A stretch of 64,000 nucleotides of DNA, taken from assembly GCA_041690295.1 (NCBI GenBank), contig JAWLHR010000004.1, positions 114,031-178,030 of the forward strand, given 5' to 3'. Position 1 is the first letter of the stretch. Every line of letters starts with the position of its first letter. Below the pieces are notes generated by a model that was given only the letters and a program-made list of their open reading frames with translations, ran no database searches and was not told the origin of the DNA. A program made the position numbers and the translations under genes. This DNA comes from Bdellovibrionales bacterium. GTDB taxonomy: Bacteria > Bdellovibrionota > Bdellovibrionia > Bdellovibrionales > UBA1609. Below, in pieces: positions 1 to 8,547 of the stretch.

Positions 1-237
1 TTTGGCGATGGATTTGGATTCACGGCGAAGGCGCTCGGCTTCCTGTTCCAACTGCTTCGCCTGGCGCTCCATCTGCTTGGTTTCCTTGCGAGCCGTGGCT
101 TCCAGTTTTTGTTTTTCAAAAACATCCATGCGTTCGGCTTCAACTTCGGCGGAAAGTTCATCCAGCCGTTGTGCGTTCGCGGACGCCCATGCCGGTAAGG
201 CCAACATTAAGGTTAACGCCAAAATCATTCGTTTCAT
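1..237 (-). CDS. Secreted coiled-coil protein, 3' end runs off the window
   Basis: Not in the ORF track. Manual translation MKRMILALTLMLALPAWASANAQRLDELSAEVEAERMDVFEKQKLEATARKETKQMERQAKQLEQEAERLRRESKSIAK; signal peptide, GGGAG RBS. Confidence 0.8.
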   Translation of the reverse strand, partial: MKRMILALTLMLALPAWASANAQRLDELSAEVEAERMDVFEKQKLEATARKETKQMERQAKQLEQEAERLRRESKSIAK

Positions 238-284
238 GGTTCCATACTCCCTTTTTGATGACGGACGCACTCACGCGCCATTTG

Positions 285-300
285 AGCAAGCACGGTGCCA
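285..300 (-). promoter_or_regulatory. sigma-54 (-24/-12) promoter
   Basis: Minus strand TGGCACCGTGCTTGCT matches the TGGCAC-N5-TTGCW consensus, 48 nt upstream of the ATG at 237. Confidence 0.7.
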
Positions 301-407
301 TGGCGAAATTTAATTAATTCTGAGATCCATTATAATTCTTCTAAAGCGGTGACGAATTACGGCCCTAATCTATTGCCCTTTTCCCAGTGAGCGATTAATT
401 TTGCGGG

Positions 408-1172
408 ATGCAATCCATTTTAGATCCGCTCTCGTACATCCGGGGCCCCCTGGCGAGCCTGACCATCGGGATTTTCACCTTGTTCCAGTCGGCGGTGGTG
501 ATTGCCGTGGCGGCGCTGACCCATTCCCGCCGGGCGATGGATTTCATATGTATTCAGCTTTGGGCGCGGCCGGTGCTGTGGCTGGCGGGCGTGAGGCTGG
601 AGGTCCGTGGTGGGGAGAATGTTTCCGAATCCAAAAAAGGCTTCCTTATCCTCTTCAACCACAGCAGCCTGATGGATATTCCCATTCTGTTTTGTTTTCC
701 GCGGACCTTCCGTTTCGGCGCTAAAATCGAGCTTTTTAAAATTCCTTTTTTCGGCAAGGCCATGGAAGTGTGTGGAGTTCTTCCCATCGACCGAGGTGAC
801 CGAAATAAAGTGATGAAGGTCTATCAGAACGCGATCGCCAGGGTGAATCGGGGAGAGAGTTTCGCCTTGGCGCCGGAAGGGACCCGTCAAAAGGAACCCA
901 GAATCGGAAGTTTCAAGCGGGGTCCTTTTGAGTTCGCGATGAATGCCCAAATGGATATCGTTCCCGTGGTGATCGTGGGCGCTTATGAAGTTTTGCCGAA
1001 GAACAGTCTTTGGGTGAACATGGGGCGCTGGCGGCGAAAAGTGATTATGCAGATTCTCCCTAAAGTTCCAACCGCGGGACTGGGTCCTGATGATCTCGAG
1101 TCCCTTCAAACCCGGGTGCGGGAGCAAATGGTTGAAGCCTTTAATCGCGTTAGGTCAGCCGAGGCTATCTAA
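408..1172 (+). CDS. plsC: 1-acyl-sn-glycerol-3-phosphate acyltransferase
   Basis: NHSSLMD (HX4D), AKIELF, PIDR and PEGTR acyltransferase motifs. Confidence 0.9.
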   Translation: MQSILDPLSYIRGPLASLTIGIFTLFQSAVVIAVAALTHSRRAMDFICIQLWARPVLWLAGVRLEVRGGENVSESKKGFLILFNHSSLMDIPILFCFPRTFRFGAKIELFKIPFFGKAMEVCGVLPIDRGDRNKVMKVYQNAIARVNRGESFALAPEGTRQKEPRIGSFKRGPFEFAMNAQMDIVPVVIVGAYEVLPKNSLWVNMGRWRRKVIMQILPKVPTAGLGPDDLESLQTRVREQMVEAFNRVRSAEAI

Positions 1173-1536
1173 GCGAATCCTGCTCCTGAATTTCTGGGAT
1201 ATAGCAGGTCTTGCAGCCCCCTGGATTTCCGCCATCACAGGCCGGCCGCGAGCAGGCCAAATGGATCAGGGAACCATCGGAGAGAACGAGGTTGCCGGCC
1301 AAGGCTTCTTCGAGGAGTTCCAGCTCTTCGAGGATGCTGGAAATCGTTTGAGGTTCATAGGAATCGGCAACGACTTTTAGACGCAGAGCGGGATAGCGGT
1401 GATTTAAATCCGCCGTCCAGGACCGGACCATTTTCACATGGTCCGTGGAGCTAATGGGTGTATCGATATGTAAACTCGCCGAAGCGAAACTCCCCCAAAA
1501 GGCAACCGCCACTAATATTGCCGCATGCCGACCCAT
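1165..1536 (-). CDS. Small secreted hypothetical protein with Cys-rich C-terminus
   Basis: Signal peptide (…SFASA), GGAG RBS, C-terminal CSRPACDGGNPGGCKTC. Confidence 0.65.
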   Translation of the reverse strand: MGRHAAILVAVAFWGSFASASLHIDTPISSTDHVKMVRSWTADLNHRYPALRLKVVADSYEPQTISSILEELELLEEALAGNLVLSDGSLIHLACSRPACDGGNPGGCKTCYIPEIQEQDSLR

Positions 1537-1771
1537 GTAACTCTCCCGTCCTGGAGGGCGCTTTCCCCCTCAACCCGTGGAAACGACAATTCAAATCCAA
1601 GGCCAGCGGATTTTGAATGTTTTCGGTGTCGTCGTGGCCCCGAACGTCATTGATTTGATATTCGGGAATTGGAGCGCCGGTGTAATTGCGCACCGTTTAG
1701 GACAAAATGATCCCAGCACGCCTTGGCCCGCAGGTGACAAGTCCGGGCTGGTTGTCTAGCTTGGATGCTTA

Positions 1772-3001
1772 ATGCTCAAAAGAACTTTGGCCCGCATCGA
1801 AAAACTCATGGGTGCCCAATTGCGGGCCAAAGATTTAAGTTTCGTTCATTCAGACCTTCCTCTTTCCGAATTGGAACTCCTTAAAAGGTTCACCGAACTG
1901 GACACCGGCACGTTGAACAAGTCGGGTGTGGAGCGCGCGCAAAATTTGGTCAGTGAAACTTTGGACGATCTGGGGTTCAAGCAAGAAACCATCGAAGCCG
2001 ATCCGCGCTTCGCCCGCTTGATCGTTGCCGAGCGACCGGGCCGGAGCCGGCGTTACATCACGTTAGTTACTCATACGGATACAGTCTTGGGGAACGAAGT
2101 TCCGTTTTCTCTGGATCTGCCGGGCAATCGCGCGTTCGGTGCCGGAGTGATCGATAATAAGGGTGGAGTCGTGGTGGGCTTGAGCGCCCTTCGCCGTTTT
2201 TTGCGCGCCTATCCTGAGACCGAATATTCCTTGCGATTCATCTGTTCGCCCAATGAAGAAATGGGTTCCATCGGGTTCACTTCCATTTATCGCGAATTGG
2301 CCGTGGACACGGTGGTGGGCTTCGGGCTGGAGCCCGCGCTTGATAATGGATCCATCATTCACCAACGGCGGGGGAATCGTTGGTACGATATTTCGATCAA
2401 AGGGCGGGAAGCGCATGCCGGGCGCAGTTACGGCACCCATTCCAATGCCGGCCACGATCTCGCGCACAAGCTTTATCAAATGGCCCAACTCACCAATTAC
2501 CGCAAACATGTGAGCGTGAATGTCGGTCACATTTCAGCCGGCAAGGCCAAACATAACATCATCTGCGGGTTCGCCGAGGCGAAGCTGGACGTTCGCTTTC
2601 CCACCATCGAAGCGCGCGATCAGTTACATCGAAAAATTCAAAAAATTCTTTTCAGTCCGAGTGAAAATCATTGCGGTGAAATTCAAACGGAATGCAAGTT
2701 CGAGATCGTGGACGATTGCCCGCCGTTTTCGCTCACGCGCCAGTCACGGCGCCTGGCGCGAAGTTACGCGGCATTGATTTCCCAATTGGAAAAACGCGTG
2801 ATTTATTCGCAACCGGCGGGCGGCGCGGGTGATGTGAACTACCTGAGCACGCCGACGAACTTTATCCTGGACGGCCTGGGTCCGGTCGGCGGCGATATGC
2901 ATACGAACGCCGAGTTCCTGCACGTGAACACGCTTTCGACCAGATCGAAAGCGTTGGCCGGTTTTCTCTTTCACTTACAATCGTTGGATCTTAAGCCGTA
3001 G
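1772..3001 (+). CDS. M20/M25/M40 family metallopeptidase (glutamate carboxypeptidase-like)
   Basis: HTDTV, GVIDNKGG, NEEMGS, GREAHAG, DGLGPVGGDMHTNAE. Confidence 0.9.
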   Translation: MLKRTLARIEKLMGAQLRAKDLSFVHSDLPLSELELLKRFTELDTGTLNKSGVERAQNLVSETLDDLGFKQETIEADPRFARLIVAERPGRSRRYITLVTHTDTVLGNEVPFSLDLPGNRAFGAGVIDNKGGVVVGLSALRRFLRAYPETEYSLRFICSPNEEMGSIGFTSIYRELAVDTVVGFGLEPALDNGSIIHQRRGNRWYDISIKGREAHAGRSYGTHSNAGHDLAHKLYQMAQLTNYRKHVSVNVGHISAGKAKHNIICGFAEAKLDVRFPTIEARDQLHRKIQKILFSPSENHCGEIQTECKFEIVDDCPPFSLTRQSRRLARSYAALISQLEKRVIYSQPAGGAGDVNYLSTPTNFILDGLGPVGGDMHTNAEFLHVNTLSTRSKALAGFLFHLQSLDLKP

Positions 3002-4115
3002 CGGGCAGGCTCATCAGAAAACTATGGTATTCCCGCCATTGGCGGAGCGCTTGATGAAATTCCGCTTTGGCCAGACGGAGCTGGCGTTTCAGTTCGTCCA
3101 TCCGGTCCAGGCGGGATTTTTTATACTCTTCCTTAAGGGCTTCAAAGCGTGAATAGGCCGCTTCAACTCGCGCGCGCAGGTTGTCGATTTGATTTTGAAA
3201 TTGAACCTGCCAACGGGAACTCAACCGGGCTTTGATGCGTTTTTCGTCCATTTGCATCTGCGCCTTGATGACCTCGCTCCAGGGGGTGCGCCGCAATCCG
3301 TACGCGCCGCCGATCAGCTGAAAAAACGAGATCAGCCATTTGGTCGGATCCCAATGATACCAGCGAACACCGTTACGGTAGTCGTTGGCGAAAATGTGAT
3401 GGAAGTTGTGGTATCCCTCACCGAACGTGAGTAAGGCCATGATGAAAGAATCCTTGGCGGTGTTCGTGTCGGTGTAGTTTTGTTTGCCCCACATATGGCA
3501 CCAGGAATTGATCAAGAACGTGGCGTGGTGAACGGCCACGACACGAAGGAATCCCGCGACGGCGAGTCCTCCGAACGCGGATCCCAGAAAATACCCCACC
3601 AGCGTGGGAAGACCGAGACCCATCATTAGCGCGATCAACACATAATGCCGGTCCTGAAACATGACCACCGGATCCCGTTCGAGATCACGTCCATAAGGCG
3701 CGGCCAGTTGGGCGCTCTTTTCTTCGTTGACCATCATCCAACCGAAGTGCGCGTACCAAAATCCTTTGTTAATTGAATAAGGATCATTGTCGGAATCCAC
3801 GAAGCGGTGGTGCACGCGGTGATCGCGGGCCCAAACCAAAATTGAATTCTGAAATGAAGCCGCTCCGAACAAGGCCCAAAACCATTTCAACCACGGTCGG
3901 CACTCGTAAGCGCGATGGGAAAAGTAACGATGATAACCACCGGTGATACTGCCGGCGGTGAGCGCGTACATCGCGACCGCGAGCAGCCAGATCGGCCACA
4001 TGAAACCATCTAAATAAATGTGAATGACGCTAAAGACGACAGCCACCACTGGTGACAAAGTTAAAAATAAAGCGCCGAACCAATTGATCGTTTTCTTTTT
4101 CTTATTTTGAGACAT
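2991..4115 (-). CDS. Delta-9-type acyl-CoA/fatty acid desaturase
   Basis: His boxes HRYFSH, HRVHH, HNFHH; TM helices; start moved to the ATG at 4115 (GGGGAAG RBS). Confidence 0.9.
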   Translation of the reverse strand: MSQNKKKKTINWFGALFLTLSPVVAVVFSVIHIYLDGFMWPIWLLAVAMYALTAGSITGGYHRYFSHRAYECRPWLKWFWALFGAASFQNSILVWARDHRVHHRFVDSDNDPYSINKGFWYAHFGWMMVNEEKSAQLAAPYGRDLERDPVVMFQDRHYVLIALMMGLGLPTLVGYFLGSAFGGLAVAGFLRVVAVHHATFLINSWCHMWGKQNYTDTNTAKDSFIMALLTFGEGYHNFHHIFANDYRNGVRWYHWDPTKWLISFFQLIGGAYGLRRTPWSEVIKAQMQMDEKRIKARLSSRWQVQFQNQIDNLRARVEAAYSRFEALKEEYKKSRLDRMDELKRQLRLAKAEFHQALRQWREYHSFLMSLPATA

Positions 4116-4184
4116 TAATGATCTTCCCCGTTCCCTAGCCGCAGCCGATGCTGCAACTTTAGAACAGGGTAACACAAGCCGCTA

Positions 4185-4838
4185 TCAATCGCGAGAAGCC
4201 GTCATGAGTTTTTTGATTTGGCGATACTCTTGTTCCATAAAGAGTTCGGCCCTTGGATTGGAATTTCGCACTCGTGTGATCAGTCGTCGCGCATGGTCGT
4301 AGCGGTGATGACGGATCAACATCCTGACATAATTACGGATTACGGGAAGTTGAAGAGATTTTGATCGGCTTTCGAGGATGGCTTCGAAAAATCGACTGGC
4401 CTCTTCGGCTTGACCTAATTCTGACAGAGCGAGCGCGTAAGAATACATGGCTTCAAGATCACGACCCCCGCGTTTGAAATAAATCGCGAAACTTCGCGCG
4501 GCCCGATCCAATTTGGCACGTTTGAATTGGAGTTGCCCTAGCCGTAAGTATTGTTTCGGGTCATTCTTGGCGATTCGCTCCAGTTCATTTTCCACACAGT
4601 CCCAATTTTTGAGATCCGTGCACATGGCGGCCTTTTTCTCCCAATCGGCGGGCGTGGTTTTTCCGACCCAGTCTTTGACGGTGAGGGGAATGATCTCCAA
4701 CGCGTATTTATCCCAATTAATGATATGTACGGCGGTTAAAATGATGAAACCGGTGATAAAGAGCATCACCGTCATGCTTAATCGTTCAAGTTCTTCTTCA
4801 ACTTCGCGTCGCTTTTTATTGTCGTTCAAGTTGTACAC
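4185..4838 (-). CDS. Membrane-anchored TPR-like protein
   Basis: One TM helix then TPR-like helical repeats; GTG start at 4838 with AAGGAG RBS. Confidence 0.7.
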   Translation of the reverse strand: MYNLNDNKKRREVEEELERLSMTVMLFITGFIILTAVHIINWDKYALEIIPLTVKDWVGKTTPADWEKKAAMCTDLKNWDCVENELERIAKNDPKQYLRLGQLQFKRAKLDRAARSFAIYFKRGGRDLEAMYSYALALSELGQAEEASRFFEAILESRSKSLQLPVIRNYVRMLIRHHRYDHARRLITRVRNSNPRAELFMEQEYRQIKKLMTASRD

Positions 4839-4879
4839 CGTGCTTGCTCCTTTTATTTGCGACCTCATGAGGGGCATGG

Positions 4880-4895
4880 AGCAAGCGTGAGGCCC
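4880..4895 (-). promoter_or_regulatory. Putative sigma-54 promoter
   Basis: Minus strand GGGCCTCACGCTTGCT has GG-N10-GC spacing upstream of the TPR gene. Confidence 0.45.
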
Positions 4896-4953
4896 CGGGT
4901 AAGTCATTGAATTTCGGCGCCCGCGCCGTGAATAGAGTGAAAATACTAAAATT

Positions 4954-5193
4954 CGTGGGACGCTTTTGGGCACCGGACAATGGACTGCCGCCCGGGTGAG
5001 AACCCGGGAACTCGGACTGGCAGGTGAAAGGGGAGATGTTTTTAAGAGATCGCCCGCCTCCCCTTTCGAAGAGGCGAGCGGACAGGAGGGCCGCAAGTCC
5101 TTCCTGGACTCACGGTCTGTTGGGTTGGTTCATGCGTGAGACCATCCAGGTCTCGACGAACCAATGAGCAAGTCGTGTTCCTAAATATCCACG
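4954..5193 (+). ncRNA. Candidate structured non-coding RNA (unassigned)
   Basis: Intergenic; ends pair (4954-4978 with 5172-5193); internal hairpins with GAGA and GCAA tetraloops plus further stems. Confidence 0.5.
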
Positions 5194-5270
5194 CTGATCG
5201 GTGAGTTGACATTTCTTTACGATTTTTCAAAGTGACTGGTGGGGAGCGCCTGAGTTGAAATGGAAGCTGA

Positions 5271-6092
5271 ATGAGCGTTGTTAAACTTTTGTTCGAATTT
5301 GGAAAAAAAGTGCAAGGCCGTGTTCGGCATTTCCTTTTCTCCAGGGTGGTGACGACAATTGTCCTTTTTGTGATTCTCGCCCCACCACCGGCATTGGCCG
5401 ATGCCGATTTAAGTTTAGGCGGTAGCTTCAGATCTTATCCCTTAAGTGGAGTGGCGGAAGTTAAATCCGGCTATGGAATGGTTCTCTACGGCCAAAAGAA
5501 TTCCCCGTTCTCCGGTTACATTCGTCCGGCTTTGGAAGGGTACTCCGCGCTCCTATATAATTCCGGGATCGCCAAACTTGAGATTTTCCCTTTGGCCATT
5601 TTAGGCGCGCGCGCCGGCGGTGAAAGTATCCAAAACGACAATGAATACACCGCCTATGATTGCAAAAAATATCGCTGTTTGGGCCGCAACTACCGTACGT
5701 TCTTTGAAACCGAACTCACCTTGGGCGCGGGTCCTTTCTTTATTCAGGGGCGTTGGCGGCGTGAGCGGTGGACGCAACCGGATCCCGAAGCCGGTGATTT
5801 CGTCGATCCCACATCCGGTTTGCTGATGAAATCACAAGGGGAGTCGCAAACGGTTTATACCGCGGTTTCCGGAGTTAAACTTTCTCCGACATGGACCGTG
5901 ATGGCGGGTTTGCGCTATGCCGAGGATGAGGATGGAATTTCGCGAATGCCCTTCTTGCTGCTCAGCTGGAAGAATTCGAGTTGGACGGTTTCCGCGGGCG
6001 GCGGCGGTTTTGAGTCGTCACTTAAAGATCGGAGCGCGACGGCTCTGCTTTCAGTGACCTGGGAGATCCTCCCCAGCGTAGCCCTCCGATGA
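5271..6092 (+). CDS. Hypothetical exported protein, probable outer-membrane beta-barrel
   Basis: Signal-like segment ending PALA, alternating aromatic beta-strands; true start may be downstream of 5271. Confidence 0.65.
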   Translation: MSVVKLLFEFGKKVQGRVRHFLFSRVVTTIVLFVILAPPPALADADLSLGGSFRSYPLSGVAEVKSGYGMVLYGQKNSPFSGYIRPALEGYSALLYNSGIAKLEIFPLAILGARAGGESIQNDNEYTAYDCKKYRCLGRNYRTFFETELTLGAGPFFIQGRWRRERWTQPDPEAGDFVDPTSGLLMKSQGESQTVYTAVSGVKLSPTWTVMAGLRYAEDEDGISRMPFLLLSWKNSSWTVSAGGGGFESSLKDRSATALLSVTWEILPSVALR

Positions 6093-7262
6093 AGTGGGCG
6101 TTTCCCCGATCAATACGCCTTCACATTTCAGGAATTCCATTTTGTTCACGTGGCTTGAGAATTCCGATAAAGCTTTGTTCACGGTCACGGGATCAAGCGT
6201 GCCATCGCGAAGATAATTTTCCGGCAGACACACCATCATACGGTTCACATCACGGGACAGGGCGACGGCGTACCATTCCGTTGAGAAAATCAGAAGTCCG
6301 TTCGTGAAGAGATCCTGCTGGCTGAAATCGCGATTGACATATCTCAGCTTGGAGAGTGACCAGATGTTTGGACCCAGCCGTTCATTTTCGTATTGTCCGC
6401 GCAAATACGAATATAAATCCAAGTGGTCCTCTGGATAGACTTCGGTGAGTGATGCGTTCTTCCTTGTACTGATGATTTCATCAACCACATCCCGTCCCCA
6501 GAGTTTCGCGAAAAAAGACTCCAGTGCGAATTTTCTGAACGGCGGATCATTCTCGGGCAAGATCACGTCGAAAATCTGAAAGTGATGATTGGCTTCGAGG
6601 AGTTTTTCCATTTCGGGGCTGATAAGGGGAGCGTTATTGATTCGCTGGTAGCGTGCGGCCCGGAATTTCAACACATCCACTTCAAACGGTGAAACGGTGA
6701 TGGAATCCGCGTTCACGAAATATTCTTTTCCCGCCGAGTAAAAATAAAGGCGGCCAACCGGCCTCAGTGGCATCTTCTTTGGGGTGAAGTTCCAGGTGAA
6801 CCGCCATTGGGAAGTCACAATATGTTCTTCATGTTCTTCATCTAGATCTTCCGGAGTGTATTCAAGCCGACTTGGCTCCGGGGCCTCGCCGTTGTCTTCA
6901 TCGTGAAAGGTGCCCGAGGGTTCACCGATTTCTTCCGGCGATGGTGTTGTGGATTGCAGCGGAATAACTCCCGGAGGCGTGGGAATGGGTGGCGGTTTGA
7001 ACCCGGCCATTCCGGGAACCGGGGGGCCGCCCGTGGTTTTCGGCCGTGGAATTTCATTCTCGTAGGATTTTTCAAATTGGCCCGCCATTAAATTCTGAAA
7101 ACCATCGTTCAAAATAAAGACCTGCGAGCAAATAAAATTGTATGGTTTATTGGAACTAAACGGCCTTTCTCCCGGACGCCAATAGGCGGGAGGTGGTTGC
7201 GCGAACGCAATGACGTTCCAAAAAAGAACCGCGGCGGCGAAGCCACCGGATCTCCACTTCAT
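6051..7262 (-). CDS. Secreted hypothetical protein with Pro-rich/acidic linker
   Basis: 403-aa ORF, signal peptide (…IAFA), Pro-rich then acidic segment. Confidence 0.7.
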   Translation of the reverse strand: MKWRSGGFAAAVLFWNVIAFAQPPPAYWRPGERPFSSNKPYNFICSQVFILNDGFQNLMAGQFEKSYENEIPRPKTTGGPPVPGMAGFKPPPIPTPPGVIPLQSTTPSPEEIGEPSGTFHDEDNGEAPEPSRLEYTPEDLDEEHEEHIVTSQWRFTWNFTPKKMPLRPVGRLYFYSAGKEYFVNADSITVSPFEVDVLKFRAARYQRINNAPLISPEMEKLLEANHHFQIFDVILPENDPPFRKFALESFFAKLWGRDVVDEIISTRKNASLTEVYPEDHLDLYSYLRGQYENERLGPNIWSLSKLRYVNRDFSQQDLFTNGLLIFSTEWYAVALSRDVNRMMVCLPENYLRDGTLDPVTVNKALSEFSSHVNKMEFLKCEGVLIGETPTSSEGYAGEDLPGH

Positions 7263-7292
7263 GGAGTATCCGGTGAAGCAATCGTTGTGCCG

Positions 7293-8537
7293 CTAGATTT
7301 CAAGTAACATGCGAGAGGGATCCTCGATGCACTCCTTGATGCGTACGAGGAAGCTGACGCTTTCGGCCCCATCAATGATGCGGTGATCATAGGAAAGCGC
7401 CACATACATCATCGGACGAACCACAACCTGGCCGTTCATCGCGATCGGGCGTTCCTCGATCTTATGCATGCCAAGAATTCCGCTTTGCGGCGGATTCAAG
7501 ATCGGCGTCGACATGAGCGAGCCGTAAACGCCCCCGTTACTGATGGTGAACGTGCCGCCATTCAAATCATCCACCGTAATCTTTCCTTCACGCGCTTTTT
7601 GCGCGAAAGCCTTGATCGCGAGTTCGATTTCGGCGAGCGACATGTGCTCCGCATGTTTGAGCACGGGAACCATCAAGCCTTTGTCGGTGCCGACGGCCAC
7701 GCCGATATTGTAGTAGTTGTGGTAAACAATATCGTTTCCTTCAATGAAGGCGTTGACCCGGGGATAAGCTTTTAAAGCCTCGATGGCGGCTTTTACGAAA
7801 AAGCTCATGAAGCCCAGGCCGATGCCATAACGCTTTTCGAACTGCTCCTTGTACTTCTTGCGCAAAGCCATGCAATTGCTCATGTCGATTTCGTTGAATG
7901 TGGTCAAAATCGCGGCCGTGCTTTGCGCTTCCACCAGCCGTTGAGCGATACGTTTGCGAATCGTGCTCATGGGTTCACGCACGATTTCTTCGCCAAGAAG
8001 CGTTTTAGTCTCCGGTTTTTTCAAGACGCTGACCGGAGGCGCGGGCGGCGCCGGCGGCACCGTCGCCAGACTCGCGCTGGCGCTGAGCACATCGGCCTTG
8101 GTGAGACGGCCGCCACGGCCGGTCCCTTGTACCATTTCCGGATTGATGCCGGTCTCGTTAACGATTTGGCGAACGGAAGGACTCATGGTTTCGGTTTTGA
8201 ACGACGCGGTCACGCCGTTGGTGGGCTTTGGCGCCGGCGCCGGTGTCGGTGTCGCGGGCGCGGCGGCGGGTTTTGGCGCTTCCGCGCCGGCGGGCGGTTG
8301 GGCGGAGGTGTCGATCTCGCCGATCACGCTTCCCACTTTCACCACATCACCCTCGTTGGCGGTGGTTTTTAAAACACCATCCGCCTCGGCCACCACTTCC
8401 ACGCTCGCTTTGTCGGTTTCAAGAACAAGAATGACGTCGTCACGCTTAACGTATTCACCATTCTTTTTGGTCCATTGAGCGATAGTGCCTTCGGTGATCG
8501 ATTCACCAACGGCCGGAACCTTAATTTGTACTTTCAC
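7293..8537 (-). CDS. sucB: 2-oxoglutarate dehydrogenase E2 (dihydrolipoamide succinyltransferase)
   Basis: Lipoyl domain ETDKA, E3-binding [12 protein letters not shown], catalytic YDHRIIDG. Confidence 0.97.
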   Translation of the reverse strand: MKVQIKVPAVGESITEGTIAQWTKKNGEYVKRDDVILVLETDKASVEVVAEADGVLKTTANEGDVVKVGSVIGEIDTSAQPPAGAEAPKPAAAPATPTPAPAPKPTNGVTASFKTETMSPSVRQIVNETGINPEMVQGTGRGGRLTKADVLSASASLATVPPAPPAPPVSVLKKPETKTLLGEEIVREPMSTIRKRIAQRLVEAQSTAAILTTFNEIDMSNCMALRKKYKEQFEKRYGIGLGFMSFFVKAAIEALKAYPRVNAFIEGNDIVYHNYYNIGVAVGTDKGLMVPVLKHAEHMSLAEIELAIKAFAQKAREGKITVDDLNGGTFTISNGGVYGSLMSTPILNPPQSGILGMHKIEERPIAMNGQVVVRPMMYVALSYDHRIIDGAESVSFLVRIKECIEDPSRMLLEI

Positions 8538-8547
8538 AAACCACTCC

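Noticed and set aside
1195..1220. CKTC as a c-type heme site
   Set aside because: The motif is CxxCY, not CxxCH.
4861..5270. Canonical RNase P RNA, tmRNA, SRP RNA, 6S RNA or c-di-GMP-I riboswitch
   Set aside because: Lacks GAGGAAAGTCC and the 3' P4 motif, tRNA-like ends and the SRP GGAAGGAAGCAG loop; it is branched rather than rod-like; GGGACGC is not followed by the GEMM AAAGC context.
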